Shown here: positions 28,156 through 42,539 of the stretch, piece after piece
Layout of the letters: each line of letters starts with the position of its first letter
Numbering within the stretch: the stretch's first letter is position 1
Source: Octopus vulgaris
Lineage: Eukaryota
Reading direction: 5' to 3'
Assembly (NCBI GenBank): GCA_951406725.2
Contig: OX597835.1
Coordinates: forward strand, 38,378,001-38,442,000
Length of the DNA: 64,000 nt
Made by a program: the position numbers and the translations under genes
Notes under the pieces: model-generated
Database searches by the model: none
What the model was told of the DNA's origin: nothing
What the model saw: the letters and a program-made list of their open reading frames with translations, nothing else

Positions 28156-29095
28156 GTATGTACATTTATATACAAATATATATATATATATATATGTGTG
28201 TGTGTTCGTTTGTGTGTGTGTGACTTAGTGGTTCGTGAAAAGTTCCTGTGAAGTAAGTACCTTACTCAATATAAATACAGGCGTCGATTTGCTCGACTTA
28301 ACACTCAAAGCAACATCCCAGCGTAGTTGCAGTCGAATGAACGGCTGATAAAAATTAAAAGAAAAGTAGAGAAACACACACACGCGTTCGCGCATGCGTA
28401 TGTACATACGCATAGAAAATGGAATCCGTCAAAAATATCCCTTATCTACTTTTAATTGCGCTTTAGTAAATATGTTTCCTGCTACGGTTGTATATATTTT
28501 CGCGTTTATGCACCTCAAAGCTGGGGTTTCTTCGTGTGTTTTTCAGTGAGTATTTCTTTGCACCTTCTTCTGTTTCTTGTAAAATGTTTTGTTTATCTTT
28601 TGTCATTGTATTATTTACCGGATGAAGAAACAAAGCAAAAAAGGAAAACAACGGATGGATAGTAACCCACCCATAAGGTGTGTTAACCGTCTCGAAGCCG
28701 ACCGAAGGTACGTCGCTACTGTGATGCATGCATACACAAAACCACGCACGTACGCGTGCGCGTCACACACACATGTAAGTCGTTACCGTTGGTTTCGCAC
28801 CCTGTCGGGTAATGTCACTCTGGAGATCCTTCGAGAGATTCCTACTTCGCCCCCTTCTATCAAGGTGAATTGATATCTTCCTCACTGCATGTACTCACGT
28901 AAAGCAGCAATTTGAATCTTTCATTTTTCTTCAGATGACAATTCTATAATTTTATAACTTGCTTACGAACGACATGGTCCCGGGTTCAGTCCCACTGCGT
29001 GGCACCTTGGGCAAGTGTCTTCTACTATAGCCTCGGGCCGACCAAAGGTTTGTGAGTGGATTTGGTAGACGGAAGCTGAAAGAAGCGCGTCGTAT
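26421..29095. repeat. 480-bp inverted duplication (26421-26900 vs 28616-29095)
   Basis: Arms align end to end with scattered substitutions; near-identical ORFs appear on opposite strands in the track (MKKQSKKGKQRMDSNPPIRCV). Confidence 0.95.
27653..27697 (-). ncRNA. Hammerhead-like motif (variant core)
   Basis: CCA-CTGATGcg-GTCACAggagTGTGAC-GAAA-gaac-TT-TGG; core position A9 altered. Confidence 0.45.
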
Positions 29096-29112
29096 ACATA
29101 TATATATATATA

Positions 29113-29915
29113 TCTATATATAAACGGCAGTTTGTCTGTCTGTGTGTCTGTGTGTCTGTCAGGTTGTACCCTCACCCTGACCACGGCTTTCAACCGATTC
29201 TGATGAAACTTGACACACACGTAGCCCAATGTCATAATTCAAAACTAACGCAGCGAAAATTTTGAAAAGTTCCCCCAGTTCTGAAAAAAAATTGATAAAT
29301 TCGACATGGGTCGAGAATCTAAGCTTTTTTATATGCAACACATTTTCTACAGACTGTCTAGGGGACGCAACTCGACTTTTTTAACTCTCGGAACACGTGG
29401 GGTAAGTATCCCAAAATGTATAAAAATGTACAAAAACGGCAAAAAAGCGGGCAGCAATGTGAGTGACAACAACGAAAAAGTCAAAAGTTACCAAACTGAA
29501 CAAACGAATGGAAAAGGTTTTTTGATGCACATGACAAAAGCGGTTTATAATAAACCAAGAGTTTGCAAGTAGCGTCCGAGGACCTTTAGGGTACATCAAA
29601 AATTTAAGGTAAAACGTTTGGGGTGGTAGTTATAAAGAAAGTGTAAACAAAAAAGTATTCGAATAACTTGCGGCTGCAGCAGCTATTAGCAGAAGTGGCG
29701 GTGTTGGGGGTAAAGTCTCGAATGTAATTTCTTCCTGGTAGGAATTGGTTGGGTTGAATTATCAATAGCTGTTTGATAGTTATTTGGGAGTGAAGAGAAG
29801 ACATTGCAACCTACATATGCGCCTTCGTTCCCTAGAGGGAAAGGACTAGATTGGGATTAGTCGTTGCCTACTAGGGGCTCTTACATACCCGGGCAACGCC
29901 GGGCTATGCTGCTAG
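29113..29915 (+). mobile_element. Non-autonomous Helitron (803 bp)
   Basis: 5' A|TC start (TCTATATATAAA), subterminal hairpin CCCGG-gcaacg-CCGGG 29888-29903, 3' CTAG|T at 29912-29916; no TSD. Confidence 0.85.
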
Positions 29916-30295
29916 TATATATACATATATATATACGCACACAGACACACACACACATATATATATATATGATTTTCTCTCTGTGTCTGTATTTGTCTCC
30001 CAATCACCACTTGACAAGCGGTGATAATATGTTTACGTCCCCGTAAGTTAGCTGTTCCGCAAAGTGACTGATAGAATAAGTGCTAGGCTTAAAAGTCCAG
30101 GGGTCGATTTGTTCCACAAAATCCTTTAAGTCGGCGCTGAAGGATTTATATATATATATATATATATATATAGCTCATATATATGTTATATAGAAATACA
30201 TATATACATACGTATTTGTATATATATATATGTTAGTTATATATAAATACACTAACGCGCGCGCATACCCGCACAAGCATACACAGACACACTCA

Positions 30296-30356
<61 letters not shown>

Positions 30357-31103
30357 ACACACACACACAAACATATATATACACCCACCCTCTCACGCAT
30401 CAAAAACACCGCGGCGCACCTCAAGTATACGATAGCAACAACCACAAGAAACGAAAATTGCCAAAGAATTACTAAGAAAAATAAGCTGTAACCAAAATAG
30501 ACGCCATATGTGGGTCTTGTAACAATTAAACGAGCCAAGATTCCTTAAATTACCGAAAAAGGTCAGAAGGGGTTAAATAAATAGACTGTGTCAAAACAAT
30601 ACCGTTACTGCAGATGGCCGTAAAAAGCAAAATTAATAGAATCCTCAACGTACGCATACACATGTAAACATACACGCATACACGCACACACATAGGTATG
30701 TATGTATTAACGTATCTGTATGTGTGTGTGTGATTGAGTGTGTGAGTGTATGAGTGTGTGTGTGTATGTGTGTGTGTGAGAGAGTATGTGTGTAAACTTA
30801 ATGCTACAAGTTGCCCCTGGGCGTCAACCTAATAACTGTGAAAGTCCCCTGGCCTTTCGTTGTCTTTCGGTATTCGTACTTGCTTTGTATACATGGACAT
30901 ACATGTATACATGCCTACCTACGTGACTACCTACCTTCCTACCTACCTACCTACCTACCTACCTACCTACCTACCTACCTATCCACCTACATATATATAT
31001 ACGTATATATATACATACACACACACACACACACACATATATATATTAGCATTTTCTACCTTGACTTTTTTCCATTTATATATACATTATAATAAGATAT
31101 ATA

Positions 31104-31148
<45 letters not shown>

Positions 31149-31152
31149 CACA

Positions 31153-31263
<111 letters not shown>

Positions 31264-31548
31264 ATATGCAAGTATGTCTTTAAGTAAATAAGGAAGTGAG
31301 AATTGTTAATGAGAAAAATAATAGGAAGTAGGATTAAAAGGAAAGGAAAAAAATACGTAGAAAATAAATATATTTAGAATTACATTTAAATGGTGCTTTT
31401 AAAAGGATCAGAAACAACAACAACACGATATACATATATACAAACACACGGAAACACACGCAAACACACACGAGCACGCATAGCACTCACATACGTATGT
31501 GTATATATATTTGTATGTATTGTTTATATATATATATAAATATATATA

Positions 31549-31965
31549 TGGCTGTGTGGTAAGAAGTTTACTTCCCAACCACACGATTCCGGGTTCAGTC
31601 CCACTCTACGTGGTACCTAGGACGAATGTCTTCTATAGAATGTCTTCCATAGCCTCGGGCCGACCAAAGCCTTGTGAGTGGATTTGGTAGACGTACACTG
31701 AAAGAAGCCCGTCGTATATATGATTATATATATATATATATATATATACATATATGTATGTATTTTTGTGTATGCGTTAGTCCGCCACCATCGCTTGACA
31801 ACCGATGTTGGTGTGTTTGCGTCACCGTAACTTATTGGTTTGGCAAAAGAGACCGATAGAATAAGTACTTGGTTTACAAAGAATAAGTCCTGGGGTCGAT
31901 TTGTTTGACTAAAGGCGGCGCTCCAGCATGGCCACAATCAAAATGACCGAAACACATAAAAGAAT
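31549..31965 (+). mobile_element. SINE family A
   Basis: Family motifs with a small internal duplication. Confidence 0.85.
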
Positions 31966-31966
31966 A

Positions 31967-32055
<89 letters not shown>

Positions 32056-32087
32056 GTATGTATATTTATGTGTGTGTGTGTATGTTT

Positions 32088-32183
<96 letters not shown>

Positions 32184-32339
32184 TTTGTATGTATATTTAT
32201 GTGTGTGTGTGTATGTTTATTGTACATAGATATAAAGATATAAGTGCATATATATTTATGTGAGAACATACAAGACCATACAAATTTGTGTGTATGTGCG
32301 TGTGTGCGTGTTTGTGTGCGTATTTGTGTGCGTGTGTGT

Positions 32340-32391
<52 letters not shown>

Positions 32392-32744
32392 GCGTGTGTG
32401 TGTGTGAAAGTTGTAAAAGAATATCAGGAAACAAGGAAGGGATCCAAGAGCGATTTAACAAATTTCAAAACGCGGCCAACAAAAACAATAACAACAAGTA
32501 ACAATCTTATTTTGGCAGCTGAAGACATCGCACGTGTGGCCCATTTCGAAGAGTACAAACAAAACCTCACAGGAAACCTCATTTTATTTTAACTGTCCAT
32601 TCACCCCATGGTGAATAAATACCAAACTGTAAACGATAAGACCATCTTGCTTATGGGGACCATTTGGTAATTCCATTTGTGTACCACAGGATTTCTTAGA
32701 CTAATACAGCTTATGTTTTGTCTGTATATGTGAAGGAGTCTGTA

Positions 32745-32911
32745 TAGGCGCAGGAGTGGCTGTGTGGTAAGTAGCTTGCTTACCAACCACATGGTTCCGG
32801 GTTCAGTCCCACTGCGTGGCATCTTGGGCAAGTGTCTTCTGCTATAGCCTCGGGCCGACCAATGTCTTGAGAGTGGATTTGGTAGACGGAAACTGAAAGA
32901 AGCCCATCGTA

Positions 32912-32952
<41 letters not shown>

Positions 32953-32971
32953 ATGTATATATATGTGTGTG

Positions 32972-33008
<37 letters not shown>

Positions 33009-33212
33009 ATTTTTGTGTGTCTTTGTTTGTCCCCCTAGCATTGCTTGGCAACCGATGCTGGTGTGTTTACGACCCCGTCATTTAGCGGTTCGGCAAAAGA
33101 GACCGATAAATTAAGTACTAGGCTTACAAAGAATAAGTCCCAGAGTCGAGTTGCTCGACTAAAGGCGGTGCTCCAGCATGGCCGCAGTCAAATGACTGAA
33201 AGAGTAAAAGAA
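32745..33212 (+). mobile_element. SINE family A, full length
   Basis: Family motifs. Confidence 0.9.
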
Positions 33213-33474
33213 TAATATTCCTTTACTGGTTCTGCTTAGGATTCCGTCGTATTTCTTTGAAAAGTGTTTCACTAAATTATGCCAGCCACAACCTATCCAT
33301 TTTGTTTTAGGGATGCAGAGATTAGGAGATCTGGGGGTTATGTTACATCCTTCTTGCAATTTACGAAAGAAATTGACACTGTAAACCTGGCTGCTAAAAT
33401 GCGAAAACCTGAAAAGAACGAAGTAGCTTAGTTCGACGCAGTGTGCAACGCATACACAAATATGAGTGTATGTT

Positions 33475-33519
<45 letters not shown>

Positions 33520-33709
33520 CAGTGTACGCTAAAACACATTAAAAGGCGTCCATCGTAGGAATCCTTTACGCTAGAAAGAACAGTAAAATTCCAAACTACT
33601 AATTAGGGATAAATTCTCGAAGGGAATGTAAAATAAAAAGATTTACCATCTAATTCCTGGACCATGGTTTCTGATTCATTTTATATCTGTATATATATAG
33701 TGTTATTAA

Positions 33710-33800
<91 letters not shown>

Positions 33801-33812
33801 GTTATTATTATC

Positions 33813-34160
<348 letters not shown>

Positions 34161-34383
34161 GACAATCATCGGTTGTTGATGAGAAGTGCTTCCCGATGCA
34201 AATATATGTGTCCTTTGTCCACTCACTGATCTCGAAAATGTGTGTCAAAAGCCAGCTGGAGGAGATGTCTTCTTGGGGCTACAAGCTACAGTAGCATCCA
34301 CCCTTAAGGGTTAGCAACATTTAGGAGGCATATATACTTCACGATACTGTGCAGCTACTGTTTATAACTCGCTTAGAGATATA

Positions 34384-34491
<108 letters not shown>

Positions 34492-34655
34492 CGTGAATCT
34501 CATTATAAACATCATGGACCCATTTTCTTCTTAAGAAAAAGTATATTTTCATATAAATTAAACATTGTATCATGAATAGCGATTGCGAAACCGGTCGATA
34601 CATTAAAAATTATACTATAACCATGTAAGTGTGCGTATTTTCCGTTTTTATTTTT

Positions 34656-34732
<77 letters not shown>

Positions 34733-34910
34733 CTATGTATATATGTATGTATGTATGTGTATATATATATATATATTTGTGTGTGTGCATATATATGTGT
34801 GTGATATATATATATATGTATGTGTGCGTGTGTGTGTAAGCATATATGTGAGTCTTTATATGTATGCAAGCACTTATGTGAGTCTTTGTATGTGCGTGTA
34901 TGTGTGTGTA

Positions 34911-34955
<45 letters not shown>

Positions 34956-35482
34956 TTACAAATGGTGTTAGGTGTAATGACAGTTGTTTTAGAGAAGAAG
35001 ACAAATGAGGAGTTTGTTTCATGTTCTAGAAATATTTCGAAGAGACAAAAAAATCAAAAATAATTAGCTTTATTACAGACAAGAAGTATTTTCTTGTTTG
35101 CAGATTCACCATTTTCTAAAACTAATTCATAAATCACAACTTGAAAATTACAATAGAACAAACTTTTGTATTTACATTGACTTCATTTTAGTGTCTGTTT
35201 ACCCATTCTCCTAATTATCGCCTTCAGTGTTAATTCAGTCTTTAACTCAGAACATCACTAACAATATATTACTCTTGTCATTTTATTTCTATATTATAAA
35301 CTATGTATTATCCAATGTAACCGTGTATATAAAACCATTCACACCTATGCATATATCTAAGCCGAAACTTCGAAGTTACTGTCAAACTTTTCCTTCTAAG
35401 TACTCATAAATATGCACTCTACTATAGAGTATTAAACAATCCTTTAGTTTAATGGGATGACCCGACATTAAAAGAAACATTA

Positions 35483-35517
<35 letters not shown>

Positions 35518-35596
35518 GGTCTCGGGTTGATTCGGGGTTAACCACAGTAAATAAGGTACTCAATACATAGCAGAGTAAAATTAATTTATATAGAAG

Positions 35597-35649
35597 GAGC
35601 TTCTACAGGACTAGAACTGTTTCATTCAAGAGAAATCTTCAGGAAGCTC
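35597..35649 (-). ncRNA. Type I hammerhead ribozyme in pLTR
   Basis: Minus strand reads GAGCTTC-CTGAAGA-tTTCtcttGAAt-GAAA-CAGttctagtcCTG-TA-GAAGCTC; stem II is weak. Confidence 0.75.
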
Positions 35650-35808
35650 TTTAGAAAATAGAAAAAAAGGATGGTCGAAGAAGAACGATCTCCATCGAAT
35701 TCTTTTGATGAACTCATCAGTCCGTCTAATGAGGGCTTTTTGGTACTGTTTCCTTGGTGGGATAGTAATGTTCTTCAGGGAAGTATCGAGGTCGATTCTT
35801 GTCAGCAT
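35626..35808 (-). pseudogene. Truncated N-terminus of a Penelope-like ORF (60 aa)
   Basis: SLKNITIPPRKQYQKALIRRTDEFIKRIRWRSFFF fits the SLKNIPIP...LI...E.FIKRMRWKAFFF pattern recalled for PLE N-termini. Confidence 0.7.
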
Positions 35809-35938
35809 TTTTTCTTGGTGATGGTTATAAGGGCACTGGGGTGTGCTAGGATATGTAGGTCCCGGGTTGATTCGGGGTTAACCACAGTAAATAAGGTACT
35901 CAATACATAGCAGAGTAAAATTAATTTATATAGAAGGA

Positions 35939-35987
35939 GCTTCTACAGGACTAGAACTGTTTCATTCAAGAGAAATCTTCAGGAAGC
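35939..35987 (-). ncRNA. Type I hammerhead ribozyme in pLTR (second copy)
   Basis: Identical core with 5-bp stem I GCTTC/GAAGC. Confidence 0.7.
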
Positions 35988-36445
35988 AGATATATATATC
36001 TTGTACAGTTCTTCAAATTATATTTTGCTATAACGATCACACTGATGAGTTGCGGACATTTACGTAAGTATTTTGTAAGTGGTAACAATGGAACAGGGTT
36101 TGTGATTAATCTTTATATTTTGTATCTTTTTATTTGTCTTGCTCGCTTATGTTCTGGCGTTTGCTGAATTTTCTTGAGAACAATCTTTTCTTAGTGGTCG
36201 GTCCATAGCATAATGGATGTCCACTTAGTGGTCATCCTCCGTAAATGTATATATATGGTAGATCGTTAGCTACTACACACCTTTTTTCTCTCCTTGTTTC
36301 TCTCCGTGTTTTTTCTGTGTCCCTTTCTGTAGAAGAGCGTAGGCTCGAAACGTAAAAGACTTTTCTATTCCTGAGCGTTATACTAATACATCTGTTTGTT
36401 TTGTGCACTACCCGTCTTCGTCTTTTGTTTTTTTGTAAACTCTGC

Positions 36446-36490
<45 letters not shown>

Positions 36491-36717
36491 TTGGATAACA
36501 TCGGTGGCATGGATAAGGGAGGCTCATATGGATGGGCGACTGCTGGTTTTCCATAAAAACAACTTTACTCGGATTTGAACCTCGGAGAGTAACTTTCTAG
36601 GTACAATCTCTTTTGTCATTCGTGACAGGAGTCTCTACCCATTTTTTTACCGTATGTATGTATGTATGTATGTATGTATGTATGTATGTATGTATGTATG
36701 TATGTATGTATGCATGT

Positions 36718-37272
36718 TATGTCAGGTCACCTTCGAGTGCTACTGGTATCATGTAACACAGTACAACCTGTTGCATGGTCGGGTCGTCGGCGACTAAACC
36801 GGCAACCCCACCAAGCTTATTTGGTGAGGAGGGTGTTTATTGGACACCCTGCGGGATGAAAAACAAAACCCGTCAAAGGGCGGAGGAACTCTTGAGAGTC
36901 AACGGCCATCCAACAAATGTCTTAAGGCTGTATCATGCACGGGGACATAGAAATAATCGAACTGAATAGCTGATCGCGCGGTTAAACCATTGGGAGTGAA
37001 GGACTCCTAGCCTTTGTTGGGGCATCCTTCTAGGAGAAGGCAACTCAAGTAACTGGAAAAACTCCGATATAAAACCTGCGGCTCAGTGGTTACCGATGAT
37101 GTTGACTTGTTCTTTTTTTCGGATTATGGCCGCTGTTACTTAGTCAGTGGGATTGACTCAGTGCACAGCCTATCCTCACTTAAAAAAAAATCTTCTTGCA
37201 CAGGCATTGCACGATGACAACATTGATTAAGCTTCGTGCAATGGCCATACTCGATAACGAGGGGCAGCCACT
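36718..37272 (+). mobile_element. Non-coding interspersed element, possibly derived from an RTE 5' UTR
   Basis: GC-richer insert between (TATG)n tracts; GGGCATCCTTCTAGGAGAAGGCAACTC resembles an RTE 5'-UTR motif recalled from memory. Confidence 0.35.
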
Positions 37273-37501
37273 ATGTATGTATGTATATATAAGTATATAT
37301 ATGTATGTGTGTATGTATGTATTTTATGTTACCGCAGAATTTTTTCCTGAAATTGTTTGAAAAATGCAGCCCACGAAACTCTCAGCTCCTGCGTTACATA
37401 TGTAGCTTTACAATTATTTCATAGAACATATATGCTATTGAATATTGGTTATATTTCTCTTGTTTATTCCAACAAACCTTTGTGTACGCGTGTACGTGTG
37501 T

Positions 37502-37570
<69 letters not shown>

Positions 37571-38544
37571 TGTTTGTGTTTATGCGTGTGTACGGCCTTT
37601 ATTCTTAGTTTCTATTCTCCCATTCTTTCCCATTCATACTATTGAAATGCTTTCCCTCTATTTCAGCTCTAACTTAATTTAATTACTAATTTTTACTTGT
37701 ATCTTTCACTTATTTGTATTATTTAGTGTTTTCATTTTTTAAGAATCCTGTAGCACTAGAATCTTCTATTCTATTACAACCAGCTTCATTTTAATTCATT
37801 CTTATACTTAATTAAATATACATGTTCGTTTGCAATAAAATTCAACAACATTTCACCTACAATAACTTTCCTATTTCATATTATATTAACAACGTAATGT
37901 CCCACAGCTATTCTACCTCTATGGCGGTTTTGGCAGCTCATTAAGTTATTCACCTTATTTCGCTACTCTTGAAGAACATAATGAAAATTTCATTCGTTAA
38001 CTTTCTTTTTTGCCTTATGGTTCCTGACATCCTAATTAGTTTAAAACCTAACTAGCAAATATATTCGTTTTCTGTTTTTCACAATATGGTTGAAATTTAA
38101 TAACCACGCCTCCTTTTCGTTTCTTGTTTTCTCGTTAACCATCTAACTCATACACCGAACCCCCATTTACAAACAGGAATACACAATAATTGTTTCATTC
38201 AATTCTCCTTTTACTGGTTGCTGTGAAAATGCTTCGAAATTAAATAGGAGTTAGTGAGAAACCTATATACAATTATGATACATACATACAATTGAAATAT
38301 AACACGTGCGTTCTGCTCTAATGTGGCCTTTCATTACGATGGCTTTTTATTTTGTTAGTCTTAATCAATAAACACGGGTGAAGACGTGGTTGTGTGGTAA
38401 GAAGCAAGCTTGTCAACCATGTGGCTTGGGGTTCAGTTCCACTGCGTAGCACATTGCGCAAGTGTGTTCTATTACAGCCACGGGCTGATCAAAGCCTTTC
38501 GGGTGGATTTGTTAGATGGAACCTGGGAAGAAGTCCATTGCACA

Positions 38545-38600
<56 letters not shown>

Positions 38601-38654
38601 TTCAGCAAAATTTAGATTCAGATGAATATGGTACTTAAGTTAAAGGCACCATGG

Positions 38655-39052
38655 TGTGGTAAGTAGCTTGCTTACTTACCACATGGTTCCGGGTTCAGTC
38701 CCACTGCGTGGCACTTTGGGCAAGTGTCTTCTACTATAGCCCCAAGCCGACCAGAGCCTTGTGAGTGGATTTGGTAGACGGAAACTGAAAGAAGCCCGTC
38801 GTATATATGTATATATATATATATGTGTGTATGTGAGCGTGTATGTTTGTGTCTGTGTTTGTCCCCCCAACATCGCTTGACAACCGATGCTGGTGTATTT
38901 ACGTCTCCGTAACTTAGCGGTTCGGTAAATATGACCGATAGAATAAGTACTAGGCTTACAAAGAATAAGGCCTGGTGTCAATTTGCTCGACAAAAGGCGG
39001 TGCTCCAGCATGGCCGCAATCAAATGACTGAAACAAGTAAAAGAATAAAAGA
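38655..39052 (+). mobile_element. SINE family A (an older head lies at 38380-38535)
   Basis: Family motifs. Confidence 0.9.
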
Positions 39053-39207
39053 GTATATATATATATATATATATACGTGTGTGTGTGTGTGTGTTTCTTT
39101 GTGTCTACACCATCGCTTGACAACCGGTGTTAGTGTGGTTATGTCTCCGTAACTTAGTGTTTCGGCAAAACGATACAATAAAATAAGCATCAGGCTTTAG
39201 ATACACG

Positions 39208-39251
<44 letters not shown>

Positions 39252-39252
39252 G

Positions 39253-39284
<32 letters not shown>

Positions 39285-39643
39285 CCGTGTGTGAGTGTGT
39301 GCGTCGAAACAAGCGCCCGAGCGTGTGTGTGTGTGTGTAGAAACGAAAGATGATACAGCAGTGTGTTGACTTCGATTACGCAAGGATGCGCATGTACACA
39401 GCTGCTGTTGCATCACATTAATAGAATAATGTATATAGTATGTGTAACATTCGACAATAAACAGCTGATAATGATGTGTTGAAACAGCTGTAGTGTTATG
39501 TAATAAAGCCTGTTTATAATATAATATCTATGTATCCTCTCTCTATCTCTCTAGCTCTCAATCTGTCTGTCCCCCTCTCTCTCTAACTCTGTCTCTGACT
39601 GTCTGTCTGTCTGTCTTTCTCTGTCTCTCTCTCTTTCTCTCTC

Positions 39644-39695
<52 letters not shown>

Positions 39696-39789
39696 CAGCC
39701 ACACTCTAGCCTGATAAATAAACACTATTTTATGTAGTAAGTGACGTTACTTGCATTTGTGCATCTTATTTTACATATATTTATAACTG

Positions 39790-40294
39790 CATACATACAA
39801 GCACACCTACATACATACACACATGCATACATACATACATGCATACATACATACATACATGCATGCATACATACATACATACATACATACATGCATGCAT
39901 ACATACATACATACATACATACAGACAGACAGATAGACAGACAGACAGACAGCCATACATACATACATACATACATACCTACATACATACACACATGCAT
40001 ACATACATACATACATACATACATACATGCATGCATGCATACATACATACATACATACGTACATGCATTCATGCATACATTCATACATACATACATACAT
40101 ACATACATACATACATACAGACAGATAGACAGACAGACAGACAGCAATACATACATACATACATACATACATACATACGTACATACATACATACATACAT
40201 GCATACATACATACGTACAGACAGACAGATAGACAGACAGTTATATATACATACATACATACATTCATACATACATACATACAGACAGACAGAC

Positions 40295-40339
<45 letters not shown>

Positions 40340-40370
40340 TACATACATACATACATACATACATACATAC
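39790..40370. repeat. (CATA)n/(CAGA)n compound array
   Basis: Direct reading. Confidence 0.95.
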
Positions 40371-41097
40371 ACGTATTCGTATATATTGCGTGTACGTGTG
40401 GGAGGCGAGCGCATGAGTGTCACGTTAGAATACACATCCTCAATATGTCGTCCAGAAATTTCCGGACCAGTTGTCTACGAAGGGAAACTGTTAACCATTC
40501 CACCATGCGCGAATTACACGTGATGTTTGATACAAGAGTTAGGAACACGAGACATGGCACCTCAATGGGTGTTAATTGTGGAGGTTTCGTTTCTTATCTC
40601 TTTTTCTTTGTCAGCAGACGACGTTTTTTTCCTCTTCAAATATTAGACACCATTGCTTTTGTAGAATCACTTCCGTTTCATGCAATGTTAAAACTTCCTG
40701 AACATTCCAACCAATGAGAAAAATGACTGCGAATAAATTATTCTAGGACGTCTGCTGCACAAAAACATAACAATGAAATGGGTACTTGTGGACTCAACCC
40801 TTTGTTTGTCGAATTTCATAAGTTTTTCCTAAACGCCCATGTCTCTCTTCAGGCTTTTAGTCAACCCTTATTTCATATGTTCTGAGAAATATAAAGTTTT
40901 CCTTTCATAAGTCCCAAGTTATTCCGGTGGTTGCTCCAGTTCATTCAGCTGTAGAAATGAGTTTATGGCCTTCCATAAACAACCTTGCTCGGACTTGTGC
41001 CTCAGGGAGGCAATTTCTAGGTGCCATCCCATGGTCATTCATAACCGAAAGGTGTCGTGACCCTTTACCCTTTATATATATATATATATATATATAT

Positions 41098-41512
41098 ATT
41101 TCTTTACTACCCACAAGGGGCTCAACACAGATGGGATAAACAAGGTCAGACAAACGGATTAAGTCGATTATATCGACCCCAGTGCGTAACTAGTACTTAA
41201 TTTATCGGCCCTGAACGGATGAAAGGCAAAGTCGACCTCGGCGGAATTTGAACTCAGAACGTAACGGCAGATGAAATACCTATTTCTTTACTACTCACAA
41301 GGGGCTAAACACAGAGAGGACAAACAAGGACAGACAAACGGATTAAGTCGATTATATCGACCCCAGTGCGTAACTAGTACTTAATTTATCGACTCTGAAA
41401 GAATGAAAGGCAAAGTCGACCTCGGCGGAATTTGAATTCAGAACGTAACGGCAGACGAAATACGGCTACGCATTTCGCTCAGCGTGCTAACGTTTCTGCC
41501 AGCTCGCCGCCT
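41098..41512 (-). mobile_element. SINE family B dimer
   Basis: Two bodies, junction at 41280/41281. Confidence 0.9.
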
Positions 41513-41627
41513 TCAAATATATATATATATGTGTGTGTGTGTGCGTGTGTGTATGTGTGTGTGTGTGCGTGTGTGTATGTGTGTGTGTGCGTGTGTGTAT
41601 GTGTGTATGTGTGTGTGTGTATGTATA

Positions 41628-41935
41628 TATGCATGGGCCAGTGGTTAGAGCATCGGGCTCACAATCATGAGGTAGGGAGTTTGATTCCCGGTCCAGGCTG
41701 GATGTTGAGTTCTTGAGCAAGACACTTTATTTTACCTTGCTCCAGTTAACTGAACTGTGGAAATGAGTTGCAACGTCACTGGTGCCAAGTTATATTGGCT
41801 TTTTCCTTTCCATTAGATAACGTCGATGACATGAAGAGAGAAGGCTGGTATGCTTGGATGACTGCTGGTCTTCCGTTAAAAAACCTTGCCCAGGCTTGAG
41901 CTTAAGAGGGGAACTTTCTAGGTGCAATCCCATGA
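41628..41935 (+). mobile_element. SINE family D (tRNA head, CTTGAGCAAGACACTT core)
   Basis: Matches 60903-61232; fragments at 36488-36640 and 40928-41060. Confidence 0.8.
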
Positions 41936-42321
41936 AAAAGAACTGATGAATATGAACCTTATATGATGTATAGACGCGAGGGAAATATATCCTCTGTATG
42001 ACATGATACTCAAGACAGGCAAAAGCTTAAACTAAGATTGAGGTTTATCCACTCTTAACCCTCTACATGTCCAAATCATTTTCACTAGACTATCCTAAAC
42101 GTTCACGCTTTTCTTTTTAGAATTTTATGAACCCTTGTTTTGTACGTTTTGAGTAATATAAGGTGCTCCTTTCATAAGTTCCAAGTTACTCAGTTGGTTG
42201 AGAAAATGATTGGGAAAATGATTGGGAATGTGTATGTTATATGATGTGTGGATGCCAGGGAAATCCTGTGTATCACTAAACACACAGGAGGACAGCAAAA
42301 AAAAAAATCGAGTTACCTTTC

Positions 42322-42539
42322 CGAATCATGCCGGCTCATAAACGCCGGTTTCCCAATTTCTATAGAGTACGTATTACCCACCCTGGACGGGACACCGGAT
42401 TACTCATTTTTGCCTGCTGAGTGGAATAGAGCAACGTGAAATGAAGTGTTTTGCTCAAGGACACAACAGTCCCGGAATCGAAACCACAATCTTACGATCA
42501 TGAGTCCAACATCTTCACCACTAAGCCATGCGCCTCCAC
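42322..42539 (-). mobile_element. SINE with D-like core and alternative tail
   Basis: Matches 54483-54702; a related head and core occur at 1020-1110. Confidence 0.75.

Larger units (their letters stand above)
35511..35987 (-). mobile_element. Non-autonomous Penelope-like mini-element: two 137-bp direct repeats (pLTR-like) flanking the start of a PLE ORF
   Basis: 35511-35647 matches 35851-35987 (one mismatch, period 340). Each repeat holds a hammerhead. The internal ORF resembles a PLE N-terminus. Confidence 0.8.
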
